Positions 1 through 9,038 of a stretch of DNA of 13,916 bases are shown one piece after another. The notes beneath the pieces are model-generated. The model saw only the letters and a program-made list of their open reading frames with translations, searched no databases and was not told where the DNA came from. The first letter of the stretch is position 1. Each line of letters starts with the position of its first letter. Source of the DNA: Tolypothrix carrinoi HA7290-LM1. Lineage in GTDB: Bacteria; Cyanobacteriota; Cyanobacteriia; Cyanobacteriales; Nostocaceae. The stretch spans positions 1 through 13,916 of the forward strand of contig JAHHIK010000158.1 of the NCBI GenBank assembly GCA_019358935.1. Direction: 5' to 3'. The position numbers and the translations under genes were made by a program.

Positions 1-1
1 T

Positions 2-43
2 GTGATTGAAAAATATATCAATGACCCACATCATTACAAATGA
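2..43 (+). CDS. tnpA: 3' end of a probable IS200/IS605-family Y1 transposase (partial, runs off window start)
   Basis: Reads VIEKYINDPHHYK-stop, resembling the TnpA C-terminal helix with the catalytic Tyr. It is followed directly by GC-rich hairpins. Only 13 codons are visible. Confidence 0.5.
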   Translation: MIEKYINDPHHYK

Positions 44-44
44 C

Positions 45-105
45 GCTCGTTAAAACGAGCCGTGTCGCGTTTCCGCCCCGATTTAAAAATACGGGGCTAC
101 CACGC
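45..105. mobile_element. Probable IS200/IS605 end with subterminal hairpins
   Basis: Hairpins GCTCGTT-AA-AACGAGC (45-60) and GCCCCG-N11-CGGGGC (75-97) right after the tnpA-like stop. IS200/IS605 ends are hairpins rather than TIRs. Confidence 0.5.
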
Positions 106-180
106 TTCCGCTAGCTTTTAGGTGTAGCGCGGGTGTTATCTTATTTATGTGGTTTTTCATGCTGTGGCTGGACGCAGAAA

Positions 181-1317
181 ATGGCTAAGAATCATATTGA
201 ACTTAGAAGAAATAAATACTTCAAACTTAGTTCACAAATCGCTCAGTTGGATAATGCACAATTGCATTCTCTGTTTGACAATAGTGAGTTGAATGAGTCG
301 AGTACGGGTTGGGGGAAAAATCACGCGATCGCCCTTGGGCAATCCAAGGTCTTTGTGAAACGTGTTTTAGTTACGAACATCGAATATGACAATTTGTTCT
401 CCACCAGAAACCTCTATGACCTGCCGACTTACTGTAATTATGGCATCGGTTCCTTCGCTTCCACTGGTTTTGGGGTCTTCCGCGAACTCGTGACCCATAT
501 CAAGACAACCAACTGGGTATTAGAGGGGGCGATCGCCACCTTCCCACTGATGTACCATTATCGGATTATTCCATTCTCTGGGCAGCGGGCGGATGTGGAT
601 AGGTCGCGTCTAAAAGAGTATGTGGAGTACTGGGGCAATAGTGCGAACGCCGGAAAGTGTGTGTTAGATCGAGCGATCGCCAACTATGAGTTGGTTATGT
701 TTATAGAGTACATCCCGCATATTCTGGAAACATGGCTGCGGGAAAATCCCAACAAACTCCAGAAACCCCTGGATGACTTACGCACGACGATTGACTTTTT
801 GAGGACGAAGAAAATCATCCACTTCGACGCGCATTTTCGCAACGTCCTCACCGACGGCGAACAGATATATTTGACCGATTTTGGTTTAGTACTTGACAAA
901 AGTTTCGCATTGACGAAAGACGAAGAGTCTTTCTTTGAGCAGAACATATTTTACGACTACGGAGAAGTCCTGCGGAATTTTGGACACCTGATTCGACCGT
1001 CGTATGTTTCATGTTCGGAGAACGATAAACGCAGGATAATGGAAAAATATGGCATCAAAGAAGGCTTACAACTTTATGAAGTGGGGTCTATATTACTCGA
1101 CAACATCGAGCAGATACATGTTGACAAAGACATGAAGTTAGATGAGTTCTATGTTGCCAGCATCGTCAAATACCGCAGCATCATTGCGCTGATGCAAGAC
1201 TTCTTTGCTGATATGTGGGGAAATAACAAGAAGTACACGAAACTTCCTCATGCAAAACTACGGCTTCTGCTGAAAGAGACGGGGTTTATTCCTAGTGCTG
1301 AATTTCACACACAGTAA
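181..1317 (+). CDS. Protein kinase-like fold protein, substrate unknown
   Basis: VFVK (beta3 Lys), FIEYIP hinge, HFDAHFRNVL catalytic-loop-like motif, TDFG. ATG 181 preferred because GTG 133 adds low-plausibility sequence next to the IS end. Confidence 0.75.
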   Translation: MAKNHIELRRNKYFKLSSQIAQLDNAQLHSLFDNSELNESSTGWGKNHAIALGQSKVFVKRVLVTNIEYDNLFSTRNLYDLPTYCNYGIGSFASTGFGVFRELVTHIKTTNWVLEGAIATFPLMYHYRIIPFSGQRADVDRSRLKEYVEYWGNSANAGKCVLDRAIANYELVMFIEYIPHILETWLRENPNKLQKPLDDLRTTIDFLRTKKIIHFDAHFRNVLTDGEQIYLTDFGLVLDKSFALTKDEESFFEQNIFYDYGEVLRNFGHLIRPSYVSCSENDKRRIMEKYGIKEGLQLYEVGSILLDNIEQIHVDKDMKLDEFYVASIVKYRSIIALMQDFFADMWGNNKKYTKLPHAKLRLLLKETGFIPSAEFHTQ

Positions 1318-1357
1318 ATATATTGGCGATTATAACTAGCGAATATCATTTGGTTTA

Positions 1358-1390
1358 GCTTTAAACACGGTGACGATATGTGTTTAAAGC
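1358..1390. terminator. Perfect 11-bp inverted repeat (terminator-like hairpin or operator)
   Basis: GCTTTAAACAC (1358-1368) / GTGTTTAAAGC (1380-1390), 11-nt loop, about 40 nt after the kinase stop. No U-tract on the + strand. Confidence 0.4.
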
Positions 1391-1561
1391 AAATAACCAC
1401 TAAAAATCAAGCTTAACCAGACTTAAAGACGGCAAACACCACTAGATAGTTACGGTTCACCCTAATTACTGAAAGTGTTTATTCTCATACATTAGACGAA
1501 GTGAGAGCAAATAAATCAATGAGCCGATTAGACAAGCCTTGAAGCAACCGTCCCCAACAAG

Positions 1562-1577
1562 GTTCGGGAAACCCTCC
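1562..1577 (+). promoter_or_regulatory. K-box-like element upstream of dnaK
   Basis: GTTCGG-GAAA-CC-CT-CC matches 10 of 11 specified positions of the cyanobacterial K-box GTTCGG-NNAN-CCNNAC described for dnaK2/groESL. About 190 nt upstream of the ATG. Confidence 0.5.
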
Positions 1578-1764
1578 TTCATAGACTGCCTGCACAGGCT
1601 CAGTATATATATCAGCATAGCCTGGGATTAAAACCCCCAAGGAAAGCCAAAAAAAGGTATTCATGCTGAACTAGCTGTTCTCTTAACCCAGTTGGTTCAA
1701 AATTTAGTCCTAATTCTCCCATTCATTTTCATTCGTTTGTAGTTAACGGAGCCAGAGCGTAAAA

Positions 1765-3669
1765 ATGGCAAAAGTAGTTGGAATTGACTTAGGTACGACA
1801 AACTCCTGCGTCGCAGTGATGGAAGGTGGTAAACCCACAGTTATTGCCAACGCAGAAGGATTTCGGACAACGCCTAGTGTAGTAGCATTTGCAAAAAATG
1901 GCGATCGCTTGGTTGGACAAATCGCCAAGCGTCAAGCGGTGATGAACCCGGAAAACACCTTTTACTCGGTGAAACGCTTCATTGGACGCCGTTACGACGA
2001 AGTAACCAAAGAAACTACTGAAGTTTCTTACAAAGTCGTCAGCAGCAGCGGCAACGTCAAGATAGAATGTCCAGGACTTGGCAAAGCATTTGCCCCAGAA
2101 GAAATTTCTGCCCAAGTTCTTCGCAAACTAGTTGAAGACGCTAGCAAATATCTTGGTGAAACTGTCACCCAAGCTGTAATTACCGTTCCCGCTTACTTCA
2201 ACGACTCGCAACGCCAAGCCACCAAAGATGCTGGTAAAATTGCCGGGGTCGAAGTTCTGCGGATTATCAACGAACCTACCGCTGCTTCACTAGCATACGG
2301 ATTTGACAAAAAGAGTAACGAAACCATCTTAGTATTTGACCTTGGTGGTGGTACTTTCGACGTGTCTGTCCTCGAAGTTGGTGACGGTGTATTTGAAGTA
2401 CTAGCGACATCTGGTGATACTCACCTTGGTGGTGACGACTTCGATAAAAAAATCGTTGACTATTTAGCTGACCAGTTCAAGAAAGATGAAGGTGTCGAAC
2501 TCCGTAAAGACAGACAAGCTTTACAACGTTTGACAGAAGCCGCAGAAAAAGCAAAAATTGAACTTTCTAGCGTCAGCCAAGCAGAAATCAACTTGCCATT
2601 TATCACCGCTACCCAGGATGGTCCCAAGCACCTGGATATGACGTTGACTCGCGCTAAGTTTGAAGAACTGTGTTCTGACTTAATCGATCGCTGCCGCATT
2701 CCTGTAGAAAATGCGCTGCGTGATGCTAAATTAAGCAAAAACGATATTGATGAAGTCGTCTTAGTTGGTGGTTCTACCCGCATTCCCGCCGTGCAACAGG
2801 TGGTGAAAACTGTTTTGGGTAAAGACCCGAACCAAAGCGTTAACCCTGATGAAGTTGTAGCAGTTGGTGCAGCTATTCAAGCGGGTGTGCTTGCTGGTGA
2901 TGTCACGGGCATTCTGTTGTTAGATGTATCACCTTTGTCCTTAGGTGTAGAAACCTTAGGCGGCGTGATGACCAAGATTATCCCTCGCAACACCACCATT
3001 CCCACCAAGAAATCGGAAGTCTTCTCTACCGCCGTGGATGGTCAAAGCAACGTGGAAATTCACGTTCTCCAAGGCGAACGCGAGATGTCCAACGATAACA
3101 AGAGTTTGGGAACCTTCCGTCTTGATGGTATTCCCCCAGCACCTCGCGGTGTACCTCAAATTGAAGTTACCTTTGACATTGACGCTAACGGTATTCTCAA
3201 CGTTACCGCTAAAGACAAAGGCACTGGTAAGGAACAGTCTATCAGTATTACAGGCGCTTCTACCCTCGACAAGTCTGATGTTGAGCGGATGGTAAGAGAA
3301 GCTGAACAAAATGCTTCTACTGACAAAGAGCGTCGTGAGAAAATTGAACGCAAGAATCAAGCCGACTCGTTGTCATACCAAGCTGAGAAGCAGTTGCAAG
3401 AGTTGGGCGATAAAGTTCCCGAAGCTGACAAAACCAAAGTTGAAGGTTTGGTGAAAGACTTGCGGGATGCTATTTCCAAGGAAGACGACGAGCAAATCAA
3501 GAAGTTGATGCCAGAATTACAACAAGCGCTATTTGCTGTTGGTAGCAATCTTTATCAACAAGGTGGTGGCGGTGCTACTGGAGGTGCTGAACCTCAAGAT
3601 GGCAATGCCTCTTCTGGTAGCGGTAGCGGTGATGATGTGATTGATGCTGATTTCACTGAATCGAAGTAA
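1765..3669 (+). CDS. dnaK: Molecular chaperone DnaK (Hsp70, cyanobacterial DnaK2-like)
   Basis: [42 protein letters not shown] motifs; C-terminal DDVIDADF; 634 aa. Confidence 0.99.
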   Translation: MAKVVGIDLGTTNSCVAVMEGGKPTVIANAEGFRTTPSVVAFAKNGDRLVGQIAKRQAVMNPENTFYSVKRFIGRRYDEVTKETTEVSYKVVSSSGNVKIECPGLGKAFAPEEISAQVLRKLVEDASKYLGETVTQAVITVPAYFNDSQRQATKDAGKIAGVEVLRIINEPTAASLAYGFDKKSNETILVFDLGGGTFDVSVLEVGDGVFEVLATSGDTHLGGDDFDKKIVDYLADQFKKDEGVELRKDRQALQRLTEAAEKAKIELSSVSQAEINLPFITATQDGPKHLDMTLTRAKFEELCSDLIDRCRIPVENALRDAKLSKNDIDEVVLVGGSTRIPAVQQVVKTVLGKDPNQSVNPDEVVAVGAAIQAGVLAGDVTGILLLDVSPLSLGVETLGGVMTKIIPRNTTIPTKKSEVFSTAVDGQSNVEIHVLQGEREMSNDNKSLGTFRLDGIPPAPRGVPQIEVTFDIDANGILNVTAKDKGTGKEQSISITGASTLDKSDVERMVREAEQNASTDKERREKIERKNQADSLSYQAEKQLQELGDKVPEADKTKVEGLVKDLRDAISKEDDEQIKKLMPELQQALFAVGSNLYQQGGGGATGGAEPQDGNASSGSGSGDDVIDADFTESK

Positions 3670-3697
3670 GTTGGTAATGGCTAATCGCTAATAATAA

Positions 3698-3737
3698 AAC
3701 CATCCAAGGTCTGTCCTTGGGTGGTTATTTTTATTTG
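3698..3737 (+). terminator. Intrinsic terminator of dnaK
   Basis: AACCATCCAAGG-tctgt-CCTTGGGTGGTT stem (one G:U pair) followed by a T-rich tail. Confidence 0.75.
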
Positions 3738-3807
3738 TTAATTAATTCATGGTTATTAAAAAGCTCACGCAAAGGCGCTAAGACGCAAAGGAAGAAGGAG
3801 AGAAAAA

Positions 3808-4497
3808 GTGGGATATCCACAATACACACCTTGGATGTTGAAAGGCTACGCTATCTCAGCTGTGCATTTAGTTGATGTTGATAAGGTGCGATCGCTTATC
3901 CCCTCAGAGTTAAATATTATTTCTGTATTGCCTGGGAAAACTCTGAGTGTGGTATATGTATCTCATTACGGGTCGGGTTCGGTGTTGGAATACAGCGAGT
4001 TAATTGTCATCCCGGCAATGGTTAGTTATGAAGGTAAATTTGGCGGTTGGGTTTCGCATATTTATGTAGATAATCCTGATTCTGTGGCTGGTGGTCGAGA
4101 AATTTGGGGACTACCAAAGGAAATGGCTGAGTTTACCTGGGAAGATAATAAGCGTGTAACTGTTTGTCAAGGCAATCAGGTTTTATGTAGTCTTGATTAC
4201 AAGCAACAAAGCTTGGCTTGGCGACAGTGGTTAGGCGGTTCTGCTTTTAGTACGATGGGTAATGATTTGTTGATGTTTGGCGCCCAATTGGAGTCTCGCT
4301 TGGGTTTGATTGGTTCTAAGTTACAAGTCCCTGCTGAAAGTCCTTTTGCTGGGATTAATTTCGGTCAGCCTTTTTTAACGGTGAGGTGTGAGGAGATGAG
4401 TTTGCAAATTGCGGCGCCAGAAGTTGTGGGACAAACAAATTTTGACCGAATAACGAACCAGAGAGGACGCCAAGGACGCCAAGGAGTAAGAGTTTGA
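3808..4497 (+). CDS. Acetoacetate decarboxylase family protein (C-terminus extended by repeat sequence)
   Basis: YSEL, HIYVDN and GGREIWGLPKE (ADC Schiff-base Lys motif). The last ~17 aa derive from a repeat element. Confidence 0.85.
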   Translation: MGYPQYTPWMLKGYAISAVHLVDVDKVRSLIPSELNIISVLPGKTLSVVYVSHYGSGSVLEYSELIVIPAMVSYEGKFGGWVSHIYVDNPDSVAGGREIWGLPKEMAEFTWEDNKRVTVCQGNQVLCSLDYKQQSLAWRQWLGGSAFSTMGNDLLMFGAQLESRLGLIGSKLQVPAESPFAGINFGQPFLTVRCEEMSLQIAAPEVVGQTNFDRITNQRGRQGRQGVRV

Positions 4498-4520
4498 GAG
4501 AGTTTTTGCGCTCATTCCTG
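4445..4520 (+). mobile_element. Partial MITE-like repeat, same family as 10727-10895 and 11548-11713
   Basis: AACGAACC, 9-mer repeats (AAGGACGCC-like), purine tract, ending TTTTTGCGCTCATTCCTG. 4507-4520 is the exact reverse complement of 11548-11561. Confidence 0.65.
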
Positions 4521-4528
4521 ACTTATTT

Positions 4529-4563
4529 TCCCAGTCCCCAGTCCCTAGTCCCCAGTCCCTAGT
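4529..4563 (+). repeat. STRR-type heptamer tandem repeat, 5 units
   Basis: TCCCAGT CCCCAGT CCCTAGT CCCCAGT CCCTAGT; typical of heterocystous cyanobacteria. Confidence 0.9.
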
Positions 4564-4642
4564 AACATGTTTTCGTTAAACGTGCCACTATAGGATATGT
4601 AGCGCCAACCAAGTTCAGCAATAGGAAGGCAGGCATAACGTA

Positions 4643-5602
4643 GTGCAGATAACATTTTTAGGGACGAGTTCTGGTGTACCCACGCGATCGCGCAATGTTT
4701 CTAGCGTTGCTCTGAGATTACCACAAAGGGCAGAGATGTGGTTATTTGATTGTGGTGAAGGTACTCAGCATCAAATTATACGGAGTGAGCTAAAAATCAG
4801 CCAACTCTCCCGAATTTTTATCACTCACATGCACGGCGACCATATTTTTGGTTTAATGGGTCTTCTGGCTACTAGCGGTTTGGCTGGCAATGTAGACCGA
4901 ATTGATATTTATGGTCCTCCGGGATTGAATGAATATTTGCAAGCTGCTTCGCGCTATTCGCATACTCACTTTTCTTACCCTTTAAAAGTTCACGTCGTCC
5001 GTCCGGGGATAATTTACGAAGACGATGAATTTACCGTTAGTTGCGGTCCCTTGCAACACCGCATCACGGCTTTTGGCTACCGCGTCGTCGAAAAAGACCG
5101 TTCCGGACGCTTTGATATCGAAAAAGCGAAAGCATTGCAAATTCCTCCCGGTCGAATTTACGGTCAACTCAAGCGGGGTGAAACTGTTACCCTCAACGAT
5201 GGACGAGTAATTGACGGCACTCAATTGTGTGGACCGACCGAAATCGGACGCAAAATTGCTTATTGTACAGACACAGTTTTTTGTGATGGTGCGGTGGAAT
5301 TAGCACACGATGCAGATGTGTTAATTCATGAAGCGACTTTTGCCCATCAAGATGCAGATATGGCTTTTCAACGGTTGCACTCGACAACTACAATGGCAGC
5401 GCAAACTGCTTTAGGTGCAGGGGCACATCGGTTAATTATGACTCATTTTAGTCCCCGCTACGCTCCGGGAAATTCCGTAGAGTTAAAGGATTTACTTCAC
5501 GAAGCGCGTGCTATTTTTCCGAAGACAGACATGGCTTATGATTTTTTCACCTATGAAGTACCCAGACGCCGGGAAGTGGAGTTAACAAAGGCAGGAGTTT
5601 GA
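4643..5602 (+). CDS. rnz: Ribonuclease Z
   Basis: FLGTSSGVPT, DCGEG, THMHGDH metal-binding motif, GP-rich exosite-like arm, HEAT, HST, THFSPRY. Confidence 0.97.
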   Translation: MQITFLGTSSGVPTRSRNVSSVALRLPQRAEMWLFDCGEGTQHQIIRSELKISQLSRIFITHMHGDHIFGLMGLLATSGLAGNVDRIDIYGPPGLNEYLQAASRYSHTHFSYPLKVHVVRPGIIYEDDEFTVSCGPLQHRITAFGYRVVEKDRSGRFDIEKAKALQIPPGRIYGQLKRGETVTLNDGRVIDGTQLCGPTEIGRKIAYCTDTVFCDGAVELAHDADVLIHEATFAHQDADMAFQRLHSTTTMAAQTALGAGAHRLIMTHFSPRYAPGNSVELKDLLHEARAIFPKTDMAYDFFTYEVPRRREVELTKAGV

Positions 5603-5606
5603 ATTT

Positions 5607-5741
5607 GGGCATTGGGCATTGGGGAGGCAGTGCGGTCTTGGGGTCTCACGCCAGTCCGCTCAACGGGGGGAACCCCCGCACGCGGCTGGCTCCCCAAGTG
5701 GAGCATCTGCCGTCATTGGGCAATGGGCAATGGTAATTGGG
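5607..5741. repeat. GGGCATT/GGGCAAT heptamer tract interrupted by two nested 45-bp elements
   Basis: Outer element 5624-5647 plus 5693-5713 (minus orientation); inner element 5648-5692 (plus). Removing both restores GGG|CATT. Confidence 0.85.
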
Positions 5742-6852
5742 AACGTGAGAATAAAGTCAAATCTTTTTCCGATGCCCCATGCCCCATCACCCAATCTAAA
5801 ATCAAATCAACCCATTCATCAAAGTTATCATTGACCACCAATTTCTTGCCTGTAAAATCTACACCTTCCGCGCCTACAGTAGTGCTAAGAACAGGTAAAC
5901 CCGCTTCTAACATTTCCAGGGTTTTAAGTTTAATTCCAGCCCCTTTTAATAAAGGAACAATGCCTATCTCAGCTTTCTCAAAAAATGGGGTAGGGTCTTC
6001 GACAAATCCAGTTACTATAATATTATCACTTTTCAGTGCCAAAACTTTCTTAGTTGGATTAGAACCGACAATATAAAGTTTAAATTCTGGGTCTTTTTGC
6101 TGTAATTTATAAAAGTAATTAACAAATGTGAGAATAGCTTGTTCATTTTCTGGTCTATTCATCGCAGCCCAAAATAGTAAGCTTTTTTTCTCTATTTTTT
6201 CGGGATGACGTTTTACTTGATAGATAAAGTTACTAAGTTGAGGAGGTTTGACAATAATTCTTTCTTCAGGAATACTAAATAAAGAAGTCAAAATATCGCG
6301 GTCTTTGTTAGATAAAACCCATAATTCATTGGCTGTGGAGTAAAGAGTTTTTTCATAAGAAAAAATTCTTGCTACTTCAATACCTAAAATAAAGTTACTC
6401 TCTGCCTTTCTTAAAAAGGACTGAGAGACAACATCATGTATACTGATTACAGTTTTAGTTTGCTTTGAGTTAATTTGCTGTTTGATAAAATCTAGATACA
6501 CCGCAGCATGAGAATATTCAAAGTGAATTATATCGTATGTATTTTGTTTGAGTAATTCTTGCAGCTTTTTGAGAACTGCAGTTTGCCGACGTGAAGAGAA
6601 CTTAAAAGATATCTGAAAAGAAGTTAAGCAAGCGCGAAGTTTGTTAAGTTGAGAAAGTGGATAAGTGTAAAGGCGATCGCTAAATTTTTGCTTTAAATCT
6701 TTTGCAGCAATTATTTCTGCTTGATTAGCGATAACTACTATATCAACTCTACCATAACTTGCATACTCTTTCAAATATCTAAACGCTATTTTTTGTCCAG
6801 CTTGCGGATACTCATTTGTGGGTGCATGAGCGGAAATAAATAAAATTGACAT
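5713..6852 (-). CDS. Glycosyltransferase family 4 (GT-B)
   Basis: N-terminal ILFISAHAP, IVGSNP, TGFVED, GAGIKLKTLEMLEAGLPVLSTTVGAEG. ATG 6852 lies just after the upstream stop. The tail reads through heptamer repeats. Confidence 0.88.
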   Translation of the reverse strand: MSILFISAHAPTNEYPQAGQKIAFRYLKEYASYGRVDIVVIANQAEIIAAKDLKQKFSDRLYTYPLSQLNKLRACLTSFQISFKFSSRRQTAVLKKLQELLKQNTYDIIHFEYSHAAVYLDFIKQQINSKQTKTVISIHDVVSQSFLRKAESNFILGIEVARIFSYEKTLYSTANELWVLSNKDRDILTSLFSIPEERIIVKPPQLSNFIYQVKRHPEKIEKKSLLFWAAMNRPENEQAILTFVNYFYKLQQKDPEFKLYIVGSNPTKKVLALKSDNIIVTGFVEDPTPFFEKAEIGIVPLLKGAGIKLKTLEMLEAGLPVLSTTVGAEGVDFTGKKLVVNDNFDEWVDLILDWVMGHGASEKDLTLFSRSQLPLPIAQ

Positions 6853-6859
6853 ATAATTA

Positions 6860-7720
6860 TTACCACTTACCGTAATCATCCGAAACTGGTTTTTTGATAT
6901 ATCTGTTAATAAAATTTTTCACTTTTCTTGCAGTTGGTGGTTTAAGAAAATACCTCGCAGGAATAGCAAACACTTCATTGAAAATCCATGTTATATAAGC
7001 TTTATTACGTTGAGAATATAAATTTTCTCCTTTATATTTTGTAGCTTGTTTGCTTATTCTCCAGCATTCTTGAACTAACTTTGCTCTCTCGAAAAAGTTA
7101 GCAGCAGAACTCATCCCGTTCAGCGAGTAAGCTGCAAGGGGAGTATCAACATAATGAAACTTCAAACCCGAAAGAAATAAACGCAAAATCAAGTTGTAGT
7201 CCGCAGCAATTTTATATTGTAAGTCATACAAACCAACTGAATCATATGCCGATTTTTTTATAAAGCATGATGGATGGTTTAACGTAAATCTGAGTGGTAA
7301 TTTCTCTAAATCTCCCGGTGAAAAAGTCGCAACATATTCTCCTTTAAAGTAGTTGTCTATAGGAGAGTAAAGTACATCAATATTTGAATATTTGCTAAAT
7401 TCTTGCTCAACTATCTTAATTGCCCCATCCTGATACCAATCGTCAGAGTTTATAATACCTATGATGTCTCCGGTTGCAAGGCTAATTCCTTTATTCATCG
7501 CATCGTAAGCACCTGCATCTGGCTCAGAAATAAAGACATTTATAGAGTTTATATATTTGTTGATAAGTTCACAGGTTCTATCTGTAGAACCACCATCAAT
7601 GATGATATATTCAAGGTGACAGTTTCTTTCTTGAGAAAGAACGCTTAATATTGTTTTTTCAATAGTTTTTTCTGAATTAAAACTTGGTGTGATAACGGAT
7701 ATTTTTAGTGGGGTTGACAT
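6860..7720 (-). CDS. Glycosyltransferase family 2 (WcaE/WfgS-like)
   Basis: ISVITPSFN, IIDGGSTD, SEPDAGAYDAMNKG, INSDD, HPSCF, AADY. Confidence 0.92.
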   Translation of the reverse strand: MSTPLKISVITPSFNSEKTIEKTILSVLSQERNCHLEYIIIDGGSTDRTCELINKYINSINVFISEPDAGAYDAMNKGISLATGDIIGIINSDDWYQDGAIKIVEQEFSKYSNIDVLYSPIDNYFKGEYVATFSPGDLEKLPLRFTLNHPSCFIKKSAYDSVGLYDLQYKIAADYNLILRLFLSGLKFHYVDTPLAAYSLNGMSSAANFFERAKLVQECWRISKQATKYKGENLYSQRNKAYITWIFNEVFAIPARYFLKPPTARKVKNFINRYIKKPVSDDYGKW

Positions 7721-7767
7721 AAAGTAGTAAGGGATAGAGCCGATTAAAAGCAAAGATTTGAGAAGAT

Positions 7768-7920
7768 ATGAGCGGTAAACCGCTCACCCTTCGGGTTCTG
7801 AAGTCGCTCATGGGGGAAACCACGGCAGGTGCTGTAGCCTGTGGAACCCGTCCACCGCACTGCCTCCCCTTGGCGCTAGCCTCTCCCTTTGGGAGAAGAC
7901 CGCGCTGGCTCACTACGAAC
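7768..7920. repeat. Multi-level nest of small dispersed repeats
   Basis: Hairpin TGAGCGGT-AA-ACCGCTCA with tail CTACGAAC is split (GCTCAC occurs on both sides) by a ~44-bp element (~7797-7911), which itself carries a 45-bp element (7822-7866) and a 26-bp insert (7870-7895). Confidence 0.8.
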
Positions 7921-9025
7921 TACTATCATTTTCAACTGACATTGCGAGAATACTGACGAAAAGAAAAGGGCTAAGTCCTTGTAGTCCGGTATGCAGAAAA
8001 AGACAGAAAAATAAATATGGGAAAATAAACTTAAAATTTTCTGGTTTGTAGTATCCGCTAACTACTTTTAAAAGAACAAAAAAATAAAGAATACCAAGCG
8101 GAAGACCAGTATATGCAATCACCTCTAGAAAAGAGTTATGGATAATAGCACCAATCGGTCTAAAAATAGATTCATAATCAGCCCCATAGCCTTTTAAAGC
8201 TAAATCCCAATTATTAGAATAAGATTCAATCAACAATCTGTTGGCTTCAAACCTGAGTAAATTAGATTTATCATTAAAAGAAAATAACCGACTTTAATCT
8301 GTATTATAGCTAATGCCAATTTCGACATTGTTTAAAAAGTATTCTCCGACGAAAATACCAATTATATTAGATATAATAAATAAGATAACAAAATTTATCC
8401 TACGTAATATTTTTGTAAATAAGTTTTCAAAAAAAATAATTACAAAGAAAAATATCAGACTGAAAAAGTAATTTCGACTAGCAAAAAGCAATGTAGAAAC
8501 TAAAGCAACAATAATACCTGGCTTAAACTTGATTTTCACGCAGAGGAAAAAGAAGAGTAACATAAATAGCCCGGAGATATTTGGATCTCCAACACTTAAA
8601 GTTATTCTTTTACTTCCGTCAAACTGTATTAGTCTATATACAGACATTTGATAAATCATTGCTGCATTTGTACACCAACACAAGCCTACTAGATAGCTTC
8701 TTTTGATGCTAATAAGCTGAGAACCACTAAAGCCTATTGCCATCAGACAAATTGGCAAACTATATCTAAATAAGTGATAGCTGGAAAAATTTAGAAAAGT
8801 TTCTATAATTATCAAGCAAACAGCGAGAAGATCGATATTTTGCAACTTGCTTCGGTAATAATAGAGTTGCCAAAGTAAAATTATCGTTAACAAAGGTAGA
8901 CCGACTTTTACATGTGGCAGTTGTAGTTCATAAGGTATGATATATATAGCGACTATGCTGTAGAGGATGAGTCCATAAAAAAAGTAATTTATTTCTCCTT
9001 TTATGATGTTTGCGTTGATATTCAC
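7913..9025 (-). pseudogene. Wzy/O-antigen-ligase-like polytopic membrane protein with an in-frame TAA at 8294-8296
   Basis: ORFs 8294-9070 and 7913-8236 share one frame (SYNTD*SRLFSFNDKSNLLRFEANRLLIES). Many hydrophobic segments; GDPN, ASR, GYG and HNSFLE motifs. Likely start is GTG 9025 with AGAGG upstream. Confidence 0.8.
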
Positions 9026-9038
9026 TTTGTTGCCTCTA

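Noticed and set aside
133..180. GTG 133 start for the kinase-like gene
   Set aside because: The extension is adjacent to the IS end and looks non-coding; ATG 181 is more plausible.
1743..3548. Antisense and alternate-frame ORFs within dnaK
   Set aside because: Shadow ORFs of a conserved, codon-biased gene; no motifs.
5607..7920. Possible CRISPR array or tRNA/ncRNA in the hairpin clusters
   Set aside because: No regular repeat-spacer period, no cas genes and no cloverleaf; nested repeats explain the structure.
8429..8436. A8 tract in the wzy-like gene as a phase-variation switch
   Set aside because: The frame is intact across it, such runs are common in AT-rich membrane-protein genes, and the lesion is a point stop.
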